This document shows positions 7,675 to 16,750 of a stretch of 24,843 bases of DNA, one piece after another; the first letter of the stretch is position 1; the number at the start of each line of letters is the position of its first letter. Both the position numbers and the translations under genes were made by a program. A model generated the notes under the pieces. The model saw only the letters and a list, made by a program, of their open reading frames with translations. It did not search any database and was not told where the DNA came from. This stretch comes from Hormoscilla sp. (GTDB lineage: Bacteria > Cyanobacteriota > Cyanobacteriia > Cyanobacteriales > Desertifilaceae). The stretch lies in NCBI GenBank assembly GCA_051439505.1, contig JBFRWI010000027.1, positions 1 through 24,843 of the forward strand, in the 5' to 3' direction.

Positions 7675-7983
7675 ATGTTGACCGAGGTAGACCCCGAAAT
7701 CCCAAAACGTCTGGGAATAAACATAAATTATTTTTCCACATTTTGCCAGCGGTGGGGAATTACATATATGGCATTGTTTGGGTCAGTTTTGCGATCGGAT
7801 TTTCGGGGAGATAGTGATATTGATTTCTTGATTACCTTCGCCCCCAATGTGCGACAGGGGTTGTTAACCCTTGCTAAAATAAAGCACGAACTAGAATTCA
7901 TGTTAAATCGGCCTGTGGATCTTGCACTCAAATATTCTATCGAAGCTAGTGACAATACGAATTCAAGCTACATGCGAAGATAA
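7675..7983 (+). CDS. Minimal nucleotidyltransferase (MNT/MntA-type antitoxin), probably C-terminally truncated
   Basis: FCQRWGITYMALFGSVLRSDF..DSDIDFLITF (GS..DxD motif) and LNRPVDL. Likely start is ATG 7675, because the longer ORF from 7510 runs through the MITE. Overlaps the convergent gene by 16 bp. Confidence 0.8.
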   Translation: MLTEVDPEIPKRLGININYFSTFCQRWGITYMALFGSVLRSDFRGDSDIDFLITFAPNVRQGLLTLAKIKHELEFMLNRPVDLALKYSIEASDNTNSSYMRR

Positions 7984-10900
7984 ACTGAATCTACACGGAG
8001 ATTCCCTTGCTGCCACAGTTGGGTGGGATTGGCGATATCGGCCAGTCTTGCTCTGGGGGTTCCTGCATTATACACTCGATAGATGTGGAATTTTTCTCCC
8101 ATCGAAGCAGCAAATTTCCATTGCCATCCATAAAGCTTGACCAAGTTCTTATTACTTCCTGGTTTGCTTGCTTTCACTTCTATATACTCGGGATTGCCAT
8201 TTTCGACTACTTTGAGATCGTAAGCTTCTCCCTTATCCCCGATTTGATTCAGCCAATTTACCTCTACTATGTTTTTCCCTGCAAGGGCGATCGCGAAACC
8301 CGACTCTGTTGCTGCTAATTCCCCTTGAGGGTATTTCTCGCTGTACTTTTTCTTTAAGTATTCTAGGGCATATTTCTCTCCCCAGATCTCTATTTTACGT
8401 TCTTCACTCGCATCTTTCTCCCCTTGGGTAGATTTTAACGTCGATCGAGTTAAACCAGATTTCAATTCCTCACTACTTGCGTCCTTCGACTCCGAACTCG
8501 ACTCTAACACTATCTCCGGATCTGGTAACTCATTCCTTTGTTTCCTTTTCTCTGGAGAACTGCTTGCTGTTATAGTTTCCGCTGGTTCCCGATCTTCATT
8601 AGATGTCTCTGTCTCCCGATCGCCCTCTGTCACCCGATCTTCATTAGATGTCTCTGTCGTCCGCGTGCCCTCTGAGGACAGTACCCGATCGCCCTCTGTC
8701 ACCCGATCGCCCTCTGAGGACAGTACCCGATCGCCCTCTGAGGACAGTACCCGAGCGCCCTCTGAGGACAGTACCCGATCGCCCTCTGTCACCCGATCGC
8801 CCTCTAAGGATCCTGGATCTTCAGTATCGTCCGTTTCTGTGGAAATAGTTTCCCACCAAGATATTTCCGCAGTTGGCAATGACTGAATCTGTTTAGTTTT
8901 CATTAACCTTTCAATATCTGCTGGGTGCTGTTTGTAGAACAATAGCATCAAAAATTCATCCAAACCTTTAGGGTTGCCAAATAATTTGGAGAGTTCCACT
9001 GCTAAACTATCTGTATCCCCATCCGATCGGATATAAAGGTTGCTGTTATCCAGAAAAGCACCGCCCTGAGTCTTGGCTGATTGCTGATTCAATGTATATT
9101 GTATTTCCAGTCGATCCACTTGGTAACAGGTCAAATCCTTAAATTTCACTAAACTCCCATCGCTTTTCAGCTTTTCATAGGTATCATATTCTAATTGGTA
9201 AAGATAGCGCCAAATGTAGGGCGTAAATCTTTGAATCTGAGTTGTCAGAGATGCTGCGGCCATAATTGCCGCTGACTCAGTTGCCAATTCCGTTTTTACT
9301 GCTTGAGATAGATAGCGAATGCCAACTGCTTTAATTAACTGCTGAATTTGGGGATAATAGTTGTTGGGAAGTTTCAGGAATGCTATGGAAGCCCGATCGC
9401 GAAACAATTGGTAAATTTCCTCGTTGTCATTCACGAACAGATTCCCGGCGGCACAAAATCCAGATCGTTCTGTCCAAAAGATTCGCTTGCTAATGAAACT
9501 TCGCCACCAAGCTGCTGGGGAAATTGTGGCGATATGATTGTTTAATTCCTGGTAAATTTTTATGAGTATCTGTTCTGATTTGGCCGACAACTGTTGGTTT
9601 TGGGATAATTCTAGCAACAAGTCCGCATAATCCTTGGGGTCGGTCATTTTCGCCTTGATCCCCAAGTCCTGAATCAACTCTTCCTTCTGGAGGGCGATCG
9701 CCAGGTAGGGGACCGTATCTCCTAAGATAGAGACAGTTTCTGGTAAGGAGAGAAACACTTCTCCCGGTTTAGCCATCGTACCATTTGTCGTCGGCAGCCA
9801 AGCAACTGTTTTCAACTGGGCGAACCAGTCAGCATCGCTAGTTCTACCCGGTTCCCAACTGCTTTTCCCCCGATCGAAATAGTAATAGGTCCATTGCTTG
9901 TGTTGCTGGTAATAATTCCAGTTTTTATCTAAGATTTTGGCTAACTGCCGATTCTTGGCTTCATTCTGGGATGCTAGGATGCCCAGAATATGGGGCGATC
10001 GATAGACAGGGTACTCATGGGTTAACCGCTGTCCCTGGTTTGATTTGTAGGATGCAGTTTTCACATCCACATCGATTTTCGGGATCGTCTGCACCCCTAA
10101 CTTGACGAAAAACTCCCGCCACTTTTTCATCTCAGCATATTTTTCACTTCCGGCGAGATCGGCAAGATAATCTAAGGATACAAACTGGACATCTTTGATT
10201 CCAGATAACAAGCTTTCCAAGTCATTTTCATTTCCATATCCTTTGGGGAGGTAGAGTTCTCGGGGCCGCGCGTAGCTATCGCGATCGGTTTTTATCCACA
10301 AGCTACTCTGCAACTTTTCCAGTGGGTCTTTCGATCCCCACTCTTCCCGCTTTTTCTTCGTTTCATATGCGGACAAGTTATCCTTAATATAACGGAGATA
10401 ACCCCGGTCTCCTTTATCTGCGCCCCTCTGATAAATTGGCAGGATATAATTTTCAATTATATCGTAGGCGCTAGTATCCTGCACTCCCATTTTTTTCATA
10501 AATTCTCTGACTGCTACACCACTATCCGACAGCAACGTTTGGCGGACTACTTGCAGTGATTTTGACAATTCAAATCCATATTCTCCCTGTTCTAATGGGA
10601 AAAATATCGAGGTTTCTGATGCTGAAGCCAATCTCCCGTTCTCCAGTCGGATAATCCTTAAATGCTTGACCTTGGCTAAATAGTATGATTTGCTATTCAG
10701 GTACAGGTACAGCTTCACAAACCAATCATCACTTTGTGCTGATAGCCATTGGGTTTTGCTCAAACAGGCGATCGCCTCATCAATGCCAAACTTTTTCACC
10801 CCCAGGCTGTCTAAAATTGGCCCTTTTGCCGTTACTTGAGGATGCCGGTACTCCTTATTAAGAATTTGTTGTAAATCTTCATTAGCAATCAATTCTCGAA

Positions 10901-12110
10901 TTTGCTCGTCTGGACGCAGCACTTCGGCGGGCAGGCGCCAATTGCCCGATGCTGTTAGCATACAAGCAGTAGCTTTCAGTCCTGCGTGGATCTCCTCGAC
11001 TACAGGAGCAAAAAACCGATCTTTTACTTCCTTAACCAGGGGGATATAGTTATAGTAACTTAAGTTACGTTCCCGCTTAAATTCATCTACTGCTGACAAA
11101 AATACCCGGGCAATACAATCTCGCAGCCATTTATTCCAGAGTTTGTCCTTATGGATATCTTCCCGATTTGCTGGCACCAGAAAGTCCCCTTGAATCAGAA
11201 ATTTGAATCCATAGCTGCGGGTGGGCAGGAATGCATATACTTTCTGTTCGGGAGTTGCATCTGCCGTGCCATCTGCTTTCATCTTAAAGGCCAGGATCAG
11301 TTCCGTTTCCCTTACATTACTTCTTTTCTCTTCTTGGATATCTTCTGGCACCCTGAGAGTTTGACTGACTATTTTATAATCATGCTGCTTCACTTCCGAA
11401 CCGGTAGTAGAGGCGATCGCCACCTTGCCCTCTGCATCCGTGCGGGAGATCTGGCTAAACTTATTTTCGACTTGATTGTCAATTTTCACCCTTTTCAGTT
11501 GGCGCAGAAACAGAATCAGGGTATGTTCGATCTGATTTAGTTTCCACAACTCATCTTTCGCAGATTCCCGCAGGGGCAGAATAATATTAGTCTGCTGTAT
11601 ATCCACCTCTGGGGGGATTTCTTCAATCCAGTAGGGCGCCACAAATCCTAATTGATCGCGATCGTCTTGATGCTTAAACTTGAACTGGAACCCGTTAGAG
11701 AATATCTGAGGTTCGTCACTGATCCGGAACACCGATTTGAAACCTATGCCTTTTTCCCCAATATACCCGATCGCGCGACTTTTGGTGCTATTGCCCACAT
11801 CACAGATGGCCCTGACATTAGCTTCTGTAAAACCGCACTCATTATTGACTACTATAATCTTTTCTGGTGCGATGGTGATGGTGAGGGTGGGATTCACGTC
11901 CGATCTATATTCATTATCGTCTGCATTTTGGAGCAGTTCCAGAACGAAATGGGTTTCTTTAGAGTAAAGGTCTACGGAGAGTCGTTCCAGGGCGCTATTG
12001 AGACTTTTCTTCAAGCTATCTATCACGCCTTTAGCTGCTGCATCAGTTGACAAGCCAATTCCGTAAGTATTCTTTCTAATGTCTTCGATAATCTCTTGTG
12101 GTGAAGCCAT
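7968..12110 (-). CDS. Sacsin/NOV-like GHKL (Hsp90-like) ATPase fused to a C-terminal DUF3883 (NOV_C) PD-(D/E)XK nuclease; Tiamat-like defence candidate
   Basis: N-terminal HFVLELLQNADD, NNECGF, ICDVGNSTK, IGEKGIGFKSVF and FLIQGDFLVPANREDI. C-terminal WGEKYALEYL...GEAYDL...YIEVKAS...FHIYRV. GGGAG SD lies 6 nt before ATG 12110, and the longer N-terminus to 12248 crosses REP-like repeats. Confidence 0.8.
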   Translation of the reverse strand: MASPQEIIEDIRKNTYGIGLSTDAAAKGVIDSLKKSLNSALERLSVDLYSKETHFVLELLQNADDNEYRSDVNPTLTITIAPEKIIVVNNECGFTEANVRAICDVGNSTKSRAIGYIGEKGIGFKSVFRISDEPQIFSNGFQFKFKHQDDRDQLGFVAPYWIEEIPPEVDIQQTNIILPLRESAKDELWKLNQIEHTLILFLRQLKRVKIDNQVENKFSQISRTDAEGKVAIASTTGSEVKQHDYKIVSQTLRVPEDIQEEKRSNVRETELILAFKMKADGTADATPEQKVYAFLPTRSYGFKFLIQGDFLVPANREDIHKDKLWNKWLRDCIARVFLSAVDEFKRERNLSYYNYIPLVKEVKDRFFAPVVEEIHAGLKATACMLTASGNWRLPAEVLRPDEQIRELIANEDLQQILNKEYRHPQVTAKGPILDSLGVKKFGIDEAIACLSKTQWLSAQSDDWFVKLYLYLNSKSYYLAKVKHLRIIRLENGRLASASETSIFFPLEQGEYGFELSKSLQVVRQTLLSDSGVAVREFMKKMGVQDTSAYDIIENYILPIYQRGADKGDRGYLRYIKDNLSAYETKKKREEWGSKDPLEKLQSSLWIKTDRDSYARPRELYLPKGYGNENDLESLLSGIKDVQFVSLDYLADLAGSEKYAEMKKWREFFVKLGVQTIPKIDVDVKTASYKSNQGQRLTHEYPVYRSPHILGILASQNEAKNRQLAKILDKNWNYYQQHKQWTYYYFDRGKSSWEPGRTSDADWFAQLKTVAWLPTTNGTMAKPGEVFLSLPETVSILGDTVPYLAIALQKEELIQDLGIKAKMTDPKDYADLLLELSQNQQLSAKSEQILIKIYQELNNHIATISPAAWWRSFISKRIFWTERSGFCAAGNLFVNDNEEIYQLFRDRASIAFLKLPNNYYPQIQQLIKAVGIRYLSQAVKTELATESAAIMAAASLTTQIQRFTPYIWRYLYQLEYDTYEKLKSDGSLVKFKDLTCYQVDRLEIQYTLNQQSAKTQGGAFLDNSNLYIRSDGDTDSLAVELSKLFGNPKGLDEFLMLLFYKQHPADIERLMKTKQIQSLPTAEISWWETISTETDDTEDPGSLEGDRVTEGDRVLSSEGARVLSSEGDRVLSSEGDRVTEGDRVLSSEGTRTTETSNEDRVTEGDRETETSNEDREPAETITASSSPEKRKQRNELPDPEIVLESSSESKDASSEELKSGLTRSTLKSTQGEKDASEERKIEIWGEKYALEYLKKKYSEKYPQGELAATESGFAIALAGKNIVEVNWLNQIGDKGEAYDLKVVENGNPEYIEVKASKPGSNKNLVKLYGWQWKFAASMGEKFHIYRVYNAGTPRARLADIANPTQLWQQGNLRVDSVYLRM
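8588..8810. repeat. In-frame 18/24-bp tandem repeats (GDRVTE, GDRVLSSE, TETSNEDR) in the linker of the ATPase-nuclease
   Basis: Units CCCGATCGCCCTCTGTCA and CCCGATCGCCCTCTGAGGACAGTA, plus two copies of CCCGATCTTCATTAGATGTCTCTGTC. Confidence 0.95.
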
Positions 12111-12120
12111 TTTCATCTCC

Positions 12121-12210
12121 CGTTCGTAATAAACACTAAAGTCTTTCCTCGTTCGTAGTAAACACTTTAGTGTTTCCCCCCAAGCAAGCACTAAAGTGCT
12201 TACTACGAAC
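12121..12210. repeat. GTAG-type REP-like doublet (GTTCGTAGTAA.CACTTTAGTG / CACTAAAGTG.TTACTACGAAC) plus a partial copy
   Basis: Inverted pair at 12151-12175 and 12186-12210. Same family as 20473-20531. Confidence 0.75.
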
Positions 12211-12586
12211 CCGGCCTTTGATTCTCCGGACTTTTTATAGCCTAGCATCCGAATAACAAGATTGTGTGTAAACTTTTGTAAATTTTTATTAATCGCTAGG
12301 TGACTATATTAAGGTATTTGTGTCATGGGGGGTTAAGGGGAGTCGGACCGGTAATGATGGGGAATGATGGCGATCGCCCCCGATGGCATGGGCAGGAAAT
12401 TCGTTTATGATAGCGATCGCGGCGGAACCGGGAGGGGGAGAGGAGTGGGAGGATGTAACTCGAAGTAGTATAAGAACTACTGCCTGTCCCCTGGAAAACA
12501 GAGGTGAAGTGAGTACCATCGGGAGTTAAAGTAGGAAAGTTGCTCGTTTTTCATGAGATAGACTCGTGACAAACAAGAGGCTGACT

Positions 12587-12913
12587 ATGTCCGATATTTT
12601 CGTGATGACTCGCAATCAGGATAACATTGCCTTAACTTCCATTAATGGCATCGCCTTTGTCGCCTTACTCCTGCAAGCAGGGCAAGTTCTTGCCGAAGAA
12701 ACAGTTGAACTAATCTATGCAGATGCGGGTTTTGATGACTTGCCGGTAGGAGAATACACTGTAATTGTTAGGCATGAGGGTGTGGAACCCCGATCGGCTA
12801 CCAGGAATGTCACAATCAGTAGAGAAGACCAAGTAATCCTGCTAACATTTGTTTACCTAGAACCAGAACGGGTACTGCTGCGCGTTCAAACTGCTGTAGA
12901 AAAGAGGTTGTAA
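12587..12913 (+). CDS. Carboxypeptidase-regulatory-like (prealbumin-like beta-sandwich) domain protein
   Basis: Motif 'AGFDDLPVGEYTVIVRH'. GAGG SD precedes ATG 12587; alternative start GTG 12566. Confidence 0.7.
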   Translation: MSDIFVMTRNQDNIALTSINGIAFVALLLQAGQVLAEETVELIYADAGFDDLPVGEYTVIVRHEGVEPRSATRNVTISREDQVILLTFVYLEPERVLLRVQTAVEKRL

Positions 12914-12914
12914 T

Positions 12915-13130
12915 ATGACAACAGTTAAAGCTATTCCCCCTAACTCAATTAAAGCATTCCGCTATCGGGTGCATTGCTTAGAACAGGACCTCTGGAAGGA
13001 AAAAAATCCCATCTGTCGGGCAAATTTGGCTTTACAGCTAGCTGATGCGGCTACAACTCTGGCAAGACTGGAAGTGCAAGAAGCGCAAAAATTGCAACTG
13101 GCTTTGGTTTCTCATAATGGTAAAGCATAA
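12915..13130 (+). CDS. Small hypothetical protein
   Basis: 71-aa helical ORF starting 1 nt after the upstream stop, consistent with an operon. Confidence 0.7.
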   Translation: MTTVKAIPPNSIKAFRYRVHCLEQDLWKEKNPICRANLALQLADAATTLARLEVQEAQKLQLALVSHNGKA

Positions 13131-13572
13131 TTAGCTAAATTGGTCGCCCTTCTGGGCGATCGCCTCTTTCCTGGATGACTTTTGGCATCGGTAAGCCTCG
13201 ATTTCAGCTTGAATTTCTGAGGAAGATATGCCGATGATTTCCTTCAGAGATAGCTGGCGATCGGCAATCTCAAAAAAACGCTTGATTTTCTATTCCTGGG
13301 AACTTGGTTGCACTGGTTCATCCTTCAGCATAATCTCTCCATGACGATCGCAACATGACGATCGCACGTGCAATAAGCGCATATTTTAGCCCGAAAGCAC
13401 TTCAGAGTAGCTAGAACATCGGCTCATGTTACCGGGTTGATTTGGCCAAAGTATTGAGATCTCGTTGATGGCGGCACTCCCAGACCCGGTTTCTAGCTTA
13501 TAATCGATGTCAAGGGCTGAAAAAGCCAAAATGGTTGATTATTTATTCAATTTGTCTGGGGGAGAAAAATAA

Positions 13573-13601
13573 TTGCATTTAGCATGAGTTGGCTGTATAA
13601 T
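13573..13601 (+). promoter_or_regulatory. Putative sigma70-type promoter of the RTX-SBP gene
   Basis: TTGCAT (13573-78), 17-bp spacer, TATAAT (13596-601). GAGGAG SD at 13623-13628. Confidence 0.6.
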
Positions 13602-13636
13602 GCTGAGGAACAAAAAATCTCTGAGGAGGAGCGTTG

Positions 13637-16060
13637 ATGGAAAGATTGAGGGGCACCCCAGGACCAGATGAACTATTTGCAGGCACCAGAGACACCCTGA
13701 TCGGTGGAGCAGGTGATGATACCTTGGATGCCACAGACGGCGGCGGGCTCAACCGGCTATTTGGTCAGGATGGGGACGATCTACTCAAAGCCGGTAGCCG
13801 AGATCTCCTGGTGGGAGGCCCAGGAAATGACCAACTGTTTGTAGGCAGCGGTCGGGCCCGGCTAGTTGGCGGACCGGGGGCAGACGGGTTTTGGATAGTC
13901 GATGGCGAACTGCCCGAACGGGTGAATGTGGTTCGGGACTTTCAGCAAGGAACGGACGTGCTGGGCATTCGCGGTCTGACACCAGAAGAAATCACGGGTC
14001 TGAGGGTATCACAAATAAATCCCAGAGATACAGGCGTGCAGGTGGCAGGTGAAAATGTGGCGATTTTGAGGGGTGTCCGAGCTTCTTCCCTGACGATGAA
14101 TGATTTCTTCGTGGCAGAAGAACCAGAACCACCAGAACCAGAAGATTCATTACTTGATGTTATTAAAGATCGTGGCTTCCTGCGCGTCGCGGTGACTGAT
14201 GATGCAGTAGGATTTAGCTTTCAAGAAGAAGATGGTTCTTTCAGTGGCCTCGGCGTTGACTTTAGTCGCGCGATCGCCACGGCACTGTTCGATGACCCGG
14301 ATGCGATCGAGTATGTGGTCGTAGACTTTAGCGATGGGTTTGATGCCGTTGCTGATGGAGATGTGGATCTGGGAGCAACAACCCCTACCCACAACGTGAC
14401 TCGCGATGCCACCCTGGGAGTAGACTATTCACCGATTATCTTCTACGACGGTCAGGGAGTGCTAGTGCCTGCTGATGCTGACATCAGTTCCTTTGAAGAT
14501 CTCGAAGATCTCACCATTGGTGTCGCAGAAGGAACAACATCACAGCAGAATCTAGAAGATGCGGCCCAACTCGCAGGTATTGAGGTAAATATTGAGGTTC
14601 TACCAGACCAAGACGCGCTGTTTGCTGCCTATGATGCTGGGGATATCGATGGAGTCTCCATCGATCGCGGCATTCTGGTCAGTAGCATCCCTAGCTTATC
14701 AGATCCAGACAATCAGTTGATTCTGGATGAGGTAATTTCCAAGGAGCCTTTAGGACTGCTAGTTCCGGAAAATGAGTCAGAATGGGCAGATGTGGTCCAG
14801 TGGGCAGTTTATGCCACCATCCAAGCCGAAGAGTTTGGCATTGACTCGGATAATCTGGAGGAATTCCTAGAGACAGAGGATATATCGATCGGCGAGTTTT
14901 TAGGATTACAAGGAAATTTAGGTGAATTCTTGGGTCTAGATAATGACTTTGTGGCGAAGATCATCTCTGAGGTGGGCAACTACGAAGAGATTTACGAGCG
15001 GAATTTCGATACTGATGTTCTCCCCCGGGGTCTTAACCAGATTTGGACCGAAGGTGGTCTGCTCTATTCTCCCCCATTCTCGGGTTCAGTGCCGTCGGAC
15101 GTAGAACTTGTTAATAACGACGATCGCAATGTCTTGGCAGAAGTAAAAGAACGGGGCTTCGTCCGAGTCGGCACTTCAGACGATCGCCCGGGATCTGGCT
15201 TGGATGTAAACGGCGAATTGCAAGGATTGGATGTAGACGCTGGTCGCGCGCTCGCCGCAGCGATATTTGGCGATCCCAATGCTGTCGAGTTTGTCATCGC
15301 GAACACATCAGCAAAGCGGTTTAGCGATGTCGCCAATGGCATCGTGGACGTGACCATCAATGGCACTACCCACAACTTGGGTCGGGATGCCAGTCTAGGG
15401 GTAGACTTTGCTCCCATTTATATTCACGATAGTCAAATTGTATTGGTTCGAGGCGACAGCGGTGTCACCTCCTTAGCCGACCTAGCAGGTCAACGGGTCG
15501 CTCTCCAAACTGGTACTACCTGGATCGATAATTTCTCCGATCGATTTGAAAAACTGGGTCTGACATTTGAATTAGTAGAGGTCTCGACCACAGGGGAACT
15601 TCTGGAAGCATTTCGCAAGGGTGATGCTGTCGCTGTCTCTGCTGATGGCACCCTTTTAGGGGCAGCTAATCAAGCCGATCCTTTTCCAGAATTCTCGATC
15701 GTGCAGGAGCCTCTGTCGAAAGAACCTTTGGCTATAGTTGTAGACGAGAATCAATCAGAGTGGGCTGATGTGGTTCGGTGGGCAGTTCATACCTTAATCT
15801 GGGCGGAGGAACTGGGTGTTAGCTCCGAAAACGTCGAAGAATTGGCACAAAATAGCACCGATCCTCGGATCCAACGCCTGTTGGGTGTAACAGGGAATAT
15901 CGGTGCGAGTTTAGGTCTGCCTGAGGACTTCGCAGTGAATATGATCGAGACAACGGGCAGCATCACCGAAATCGCAGCTACTCACTTCGGTCCCGATCTC
16001 TTTGGGATTAATATACCTTGGACTCAAGGTGGTCTGTTCTACGGTCTGCCCTTAGCCTAA
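13637..16060 (+). CDS. RTX (hemolysin-type Ca-binding) repeat module fused to two AapJ/BztA-like amino-acid substrate-binding domains
   Basis: N-terminal GGAGDDTL, GQDGDDLL, GGPGNDQL, GGPGADGF...DFQQGTD. EEPEPPEPE linker. Two copies of 'KxRGF.RV...RAxA.AxFxDP.AxE...THN..RD...GTT...SKEPL...ENxSEWADVV.W...WTxGGLxY'. Confidence 0.88.
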   Translation: MERLRGTPGPDELFAGTRDTLIGGAGDDTLDATDGGGLNRLFGQDGDDLLKAGSRDLLVGGPGNDQLFVGSGRARLVGGPGADGFWIVDGELPERVNVVRDFQQGTDVLGIRGLTPEEITGLRVSQINPRDTGVQVAGENVAILRGVRASSLTMNDFFVAEEPEPPEPEDSLLDVIKDRGFLRVAVTDDAVGFSFQEEDGSFSGLGVDFSRAIATALFDDPDAIEYVVVDFSDGFDAVADGDVDLGATTPTHNVTRDATLGVDYSPIIFYDGQGVLVPADADISSFEDLEDLTIGVAEGTTSQQNLEDAAQLAGIEVNIEVLPDQDALFAAYDAGDIDGVSIDRGILVSSIPSLSDPDNQLILDEVISKEPLGLLVPENESEWADVVQWAVYATIQAEEFGIDSDNLEEFLETEDISIGEFLGLQGNLGEFLGLDNDFVAKIISEVGNYEEIYERNFDTDVLPRGLNQIWTEGGLLYSPPFSGSVPSDVELVNNDDRNVLAEVKERGFVRVGTSDDRPGSGLDVNGELQGLDVDAGRALAAAIFGDPNAVEFVIANTSAKRFSDVANGIVDVTINGTTHNLGRDASLGVDFAPIYIHDSQIVLVRGDSGVTSLADLAGQRVALQTGTTWIDNFSDRFEKLGLTFELVEVSTTGELLEAFRKGDAVAVSADGTLLGAANQADPFPEFSIVQEPLSKEPLAIVVDENQSEWADVVRWAVHTLIWAEELGVSSENVEELAQNSTDPRIQRLLGVTGNIGASLGLPEDFAVNMIETTGSITEIAATHFGPDLFGINIPWTQGGLFYGLPLA

Positions 16061-16211
16061 CCATTCGGGTCCCGCGCAGCAATATCCACTGTCATCCGCA
16101 GGTGTAGCCAATAACAACCAACTACTTTTGACCACATCCGTAGGAAAGAAGCACAGTTAGTGCTGACTACAAACCCAAAAAGTCAGTAATAGAGAGAAAA
16201 AGGAGAATAGC

Positions 16212-16523
16212 ATGGTTTTCGTCATGGAAGTATGGTACTTCAAACCAGGTCAAGAGGAAAAGATAGAGGAATTGATGCAACAGATGGATGAGATAGTGGG
16301 GCCCATAGCTCACGCAGATCCTGGCTGGCGCGAACACGCACATTTTTATCAAAGCCACTTCTGTCCTAGTATGGCAATAATGCTTTACCATTGGGGGAGC
16401 ATCGAACAGCACAAGGAACTTCTACTTAAAGAAGAACCATTGTTAAAAGAGTTCTACGAAAAATCATGCACGAGAAGTCGTGAAATTCAGTATTTTACAG
16501 AATTGGAGAATCAAGATCACTGA
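16212..16523 (+). CDS. ABM/NIPSNAP-like dimeric alpha-beta barrel protein
   Basis: AGGAG SD. Pattern 'WYFKPGQEE...DPGW...YHWGSIEQH' is typical of the ABM-like ferredoxin fold. Confidence 0.6.
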   Translation: MVFVMEVWYFKPGQEEKIEELMQQMDEIVGPIAHADPGWREHAHFYQSHFCPSMAIMLYHWGSIEQHKELLLKEEPLLKEFYEKSCTRSREIQYFTELENQDH

Positions 16524-16530
16524 CCAGTCA

Positions 16531-16597
16531 CTTCGCTGTTATCCCGCCGGGGGTTCAAACCCCCGGCTAATAGCTAAAGTCGGTTGAAACCGACTAA
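16531..16597 (+). repeat. Two-hairpin dispersed repeat, copy 1
   Basis: CCCGCCGGGGGTTCAAACCCCCGGCTAATAGCTAAAGTCGGTTGAAACCGACT, near-identical to 19371-19425 and to the reverse complement of 20612-20676. Confidence 0.9.
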
Positions 16598-16619
16598 TAA
16601 ATAATATTCTACGCTTGAC

Positions 16620-16640
16620 GTAGGGTGGGCACCGCCCACC
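16620..16640 (+). repeat. GTAG-type REP-like palindrome
   Basis: GTAG GGTGGGC ACC GCCCACC. Confidence 0.7.
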
Positions 16641-16750
16641 ACCATCGCAGTTAGGCTTGCCGCTATGTACAAATATTTTTGTTCGCCTACTTATCCGGCA
16701 TCTCAATGTGAGTTAGAATCTAAATTAAGTGAAAGTAATGTATAACTTCC

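Noticed and set aside
8588..8810. CRISPR array (also considered for 4140-4265 and 24792-24843)
   Set aside because: The repeats are directly tandem with no unique spacers, and no cas genes are present. This array is in-frame coding sequence.
12111..12248. 46-aa N-terminal extension of the ATPase-nuclease ORF
   Set aside because: It crosses a REP-like doublet, and a good SD precedes ATG 12110.
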